Source: Paramoeba atlantica (Eukaryota > Protista > Discosea). Taken from it: 64,000 nucleotides of DNA. The DNA lies in assembly GCA_977017575.1 (NCBI GenBank), contig CDRNVI010000153.1, positions 1-64,000 of the forward strand, written 5' to 3'. Below, in pieces: positions 62,137 to 64,000 of the stretch (the first letter of the stretch is position 1; each line of letters opens with the position of its first letter). Below the pieces are notes generated by a model. It was not told the DNA's origin and made no database searches. It saw nothing but the letters and a program-made list of their open reading frames with translations. A program made the position numbers and the translations under genes.

Positions 62137-63044
62137 TTAGAACTCTTTCTTTCTGTTCTCTTTGGTTTCTCTCCTGTTCTCTGAATTGTTCAATTCCCCC
62201 AGAACAAACTCTCCAGAGTCCTCATGGACCTGGTTGTGTAGTTGAGCAAAATGATCAATGATGAGAGACTTTCCACAACCTCGTGCTGCAATGGAGGCAC
62301 TGATCCCAGCATCTTCAATTTTCCCACGTTTGGCAGTCTTTACCCCCTGCACATACTCCACAAACTTAGCCGTTGCATCCTCTCGATTCAAGGGAGTCCC
62401 AGTGAGGGGTACATTCGCAAACGTTACACCTGCATCATAAGGGTTCTTTCTCATTTCAATACCATGTTTGCTGCTGATCTGAGAAACTAAATCAAGAATG
62501 TCTTTGGAGCTTTGAAGGTGAATCACTGCTGTGTGAAAGAGATCTATTAGGGAGGCAGGCATTGGACACCAATCACCAACCAACTAACCAAAAAACAAAG
62601 AAAAAACAAAACAGCAGGTTCTGATTCAAGAAACTTCTGCAGTCGGCAGTGAAGGAATGATTTCACATGTATTCTCTCTTTCTAAATTTCCTCTTTCCAG
62701 GTGCAAACTCACAGCCAACACCAACAACCAACAACCAACAACCAACAACCAACAGCCAACAGCCACAACCAACAGCCAACAGCCAACAAGAGGAAAATCA
62801 ACAAACCAGGTTCTGAACCAAGGTCCTTCAACAAACGTGCTTTATCCTGCCGAAGATCGTTGAGAGAGCACCGAAGATCGTTGAGAGAGCACCGAAGATC
62901 GTCGAGATAATCCCCCCTCATCAGGTTATGGTTCTCGCCTGGAGGTTCGCTCATGACCTTCTTTGTCAATTCCGCAATCTCCTTTGTTACTTCCTCCATC
63001 TTTGTTTCTTTTCCCTCGATTTTCCTCTCCAGTTCGATCTTCAT
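62137..63044 (-). pseudogene. Coiled-coil header + P-loop NTPase gene truncated just after Walker A (Crinkler-like architecture)
   Basis: MKIELERKIEGKE..LDDLRCSLNDLRCSLNDLRQDK coiled coil with a 21-nt internal duplication, an intron with (GTTG)-rich repeats, then AARGCGKS, followed by a stop ~40 codons later. Confidence 0.45.
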
Positions 63045-63722
63045 AGCCCCACTCTGTGGAAAAGGAACACCTCAGATGAAATAAACAAACAAAAAAAAGA
63101 GCGTACCTCATCTCCAAAGAACCGTTTTGGGGTATGGCCAAGAGGGAGGAGCGACTGGGGAAGTCTTGCTGCAGAAGAGCACCAGCAACTGTCAGTTTTG
63201 TGGATAGTTGTTTGTTTTTGTTTTTTGTTTTTTTGGCAGGAAGCACTTCGCCTGTTCTTTTTTTTTCTTTTTTGTTTTTCGTTTTTGTTTTTTGTTTTTG
63301 TTTTTTGTTTTTGTTTTTTGTTTTTGTTTTTTGTTTTTGTTTTTTGTTTTTGTTTTTGTTTTTCATTTTGTTTGTTTTCTTTTCTTTTTCTCTTTTTTGG
63401 TGTGTTTATGTGTTCTTTGGACCAGAAAGAGTTAAAAATAAAAGACTTCACAGAAAACAGATCTTGGATTGGAGAAACTTTACGACTGTACACTTTGTTT
63501 TTGTTCTGACTGAGTATTGACCCTCCCAAACTTCAAATTCAGTACAACTTTTTCCCCCTTTCTTTTTTTTGTTTCTTTTTGTTTCTTTTTGTTTCTTTTT
63601 GGTTTTTGGTTTTTGCTTTCCTTTTTGCAAATATTTATTTCAATATTTCGGTTCGTGGTCTTCCACAGACTCACGTAGGAAAATGGGGGTGGAGGAGGGA
63701 CCCCCATCGTTTTACTCCTCGC

Positions 63723-63998
63723 TTAGGGCGGTTTTTGCATCTCAATAGATTCCTTGGGGTGAGACCTTATTTTCTTTTTCTTGTTGGTTCTTTGGGTTGA
63801 TGTCCAGTCGAAAATACTTTCTCGTAGGCTGATCGGGTGTAAGCTTCTGGCTCTGGTCCTCATGGTCTCGTATTCCGCTGATTCATGTGGGGTGCTGTGT
63901 TTGGGCCTGGGGCTTCTCTTCTTTCGATCTCTCTTCCTCGCTCTTCTAACTACACTGGGTTGGAACTGTGCTTTTCTCTTTCTTATTTGGGGGTTTGA
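63723..63998 (-). other. 3' end of a basic ORF entering from beyond the window edge
   Basis: An open frame of ~91 codons ends at TAA 63723, followed by AATAAA and an A-rich tract on the minus strand. Confidence 0.35.
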
Positions 63999-64000
63999 TG

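Overview
Left end of a chromosome from an AT-rich, intron-rich microbial eukaryote using the standard genetic code. An amoebozoan-like protist is my inference only. About 800 bp of plant-type (TTTAGGG)n telomere is followed by a ~20 kb subtelomeric zone of decayed transposons that is almost stripped of CpG. That zone holds a 5'-truncated RLE-type retrotransposon, a Transib/RAG1-like transposase relic, a TIR element, two truncated LINE copies and one near-intact 7.0 kb LINE. The LINE encodes ORF1 plus APE-RT-CCHC-RNase H and an extra conserved C-terminal domain, has a perfect 13-bp TSD, and carries poly(A) at BOTH ends inside the TSD. From ~21 kb the DNA has normal CpG and is gene-rich. It contains two convergent paralogous giant Cys-rich-ectodomain 7TM proteins, three ankyrin genes built of one-repeat-per-exon cassettes, and a broken intronless DUF1501-type gene with an unknown hairpin-bearing insertion. 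It also contains a PhyH-like dioxygenase, a secreted Ser-Pro-repeat glycoprotein with a stand-alone copy of its C-terminal domain, a micro-exon FAM20C-like secretory kinase, a purple-acid-phosphatase-family gene and a truncated coiled-coil/P-loop gene. All domain calls come from motifs read by eye, with no database searches, and exon boundaries of spliced genes are approximate.
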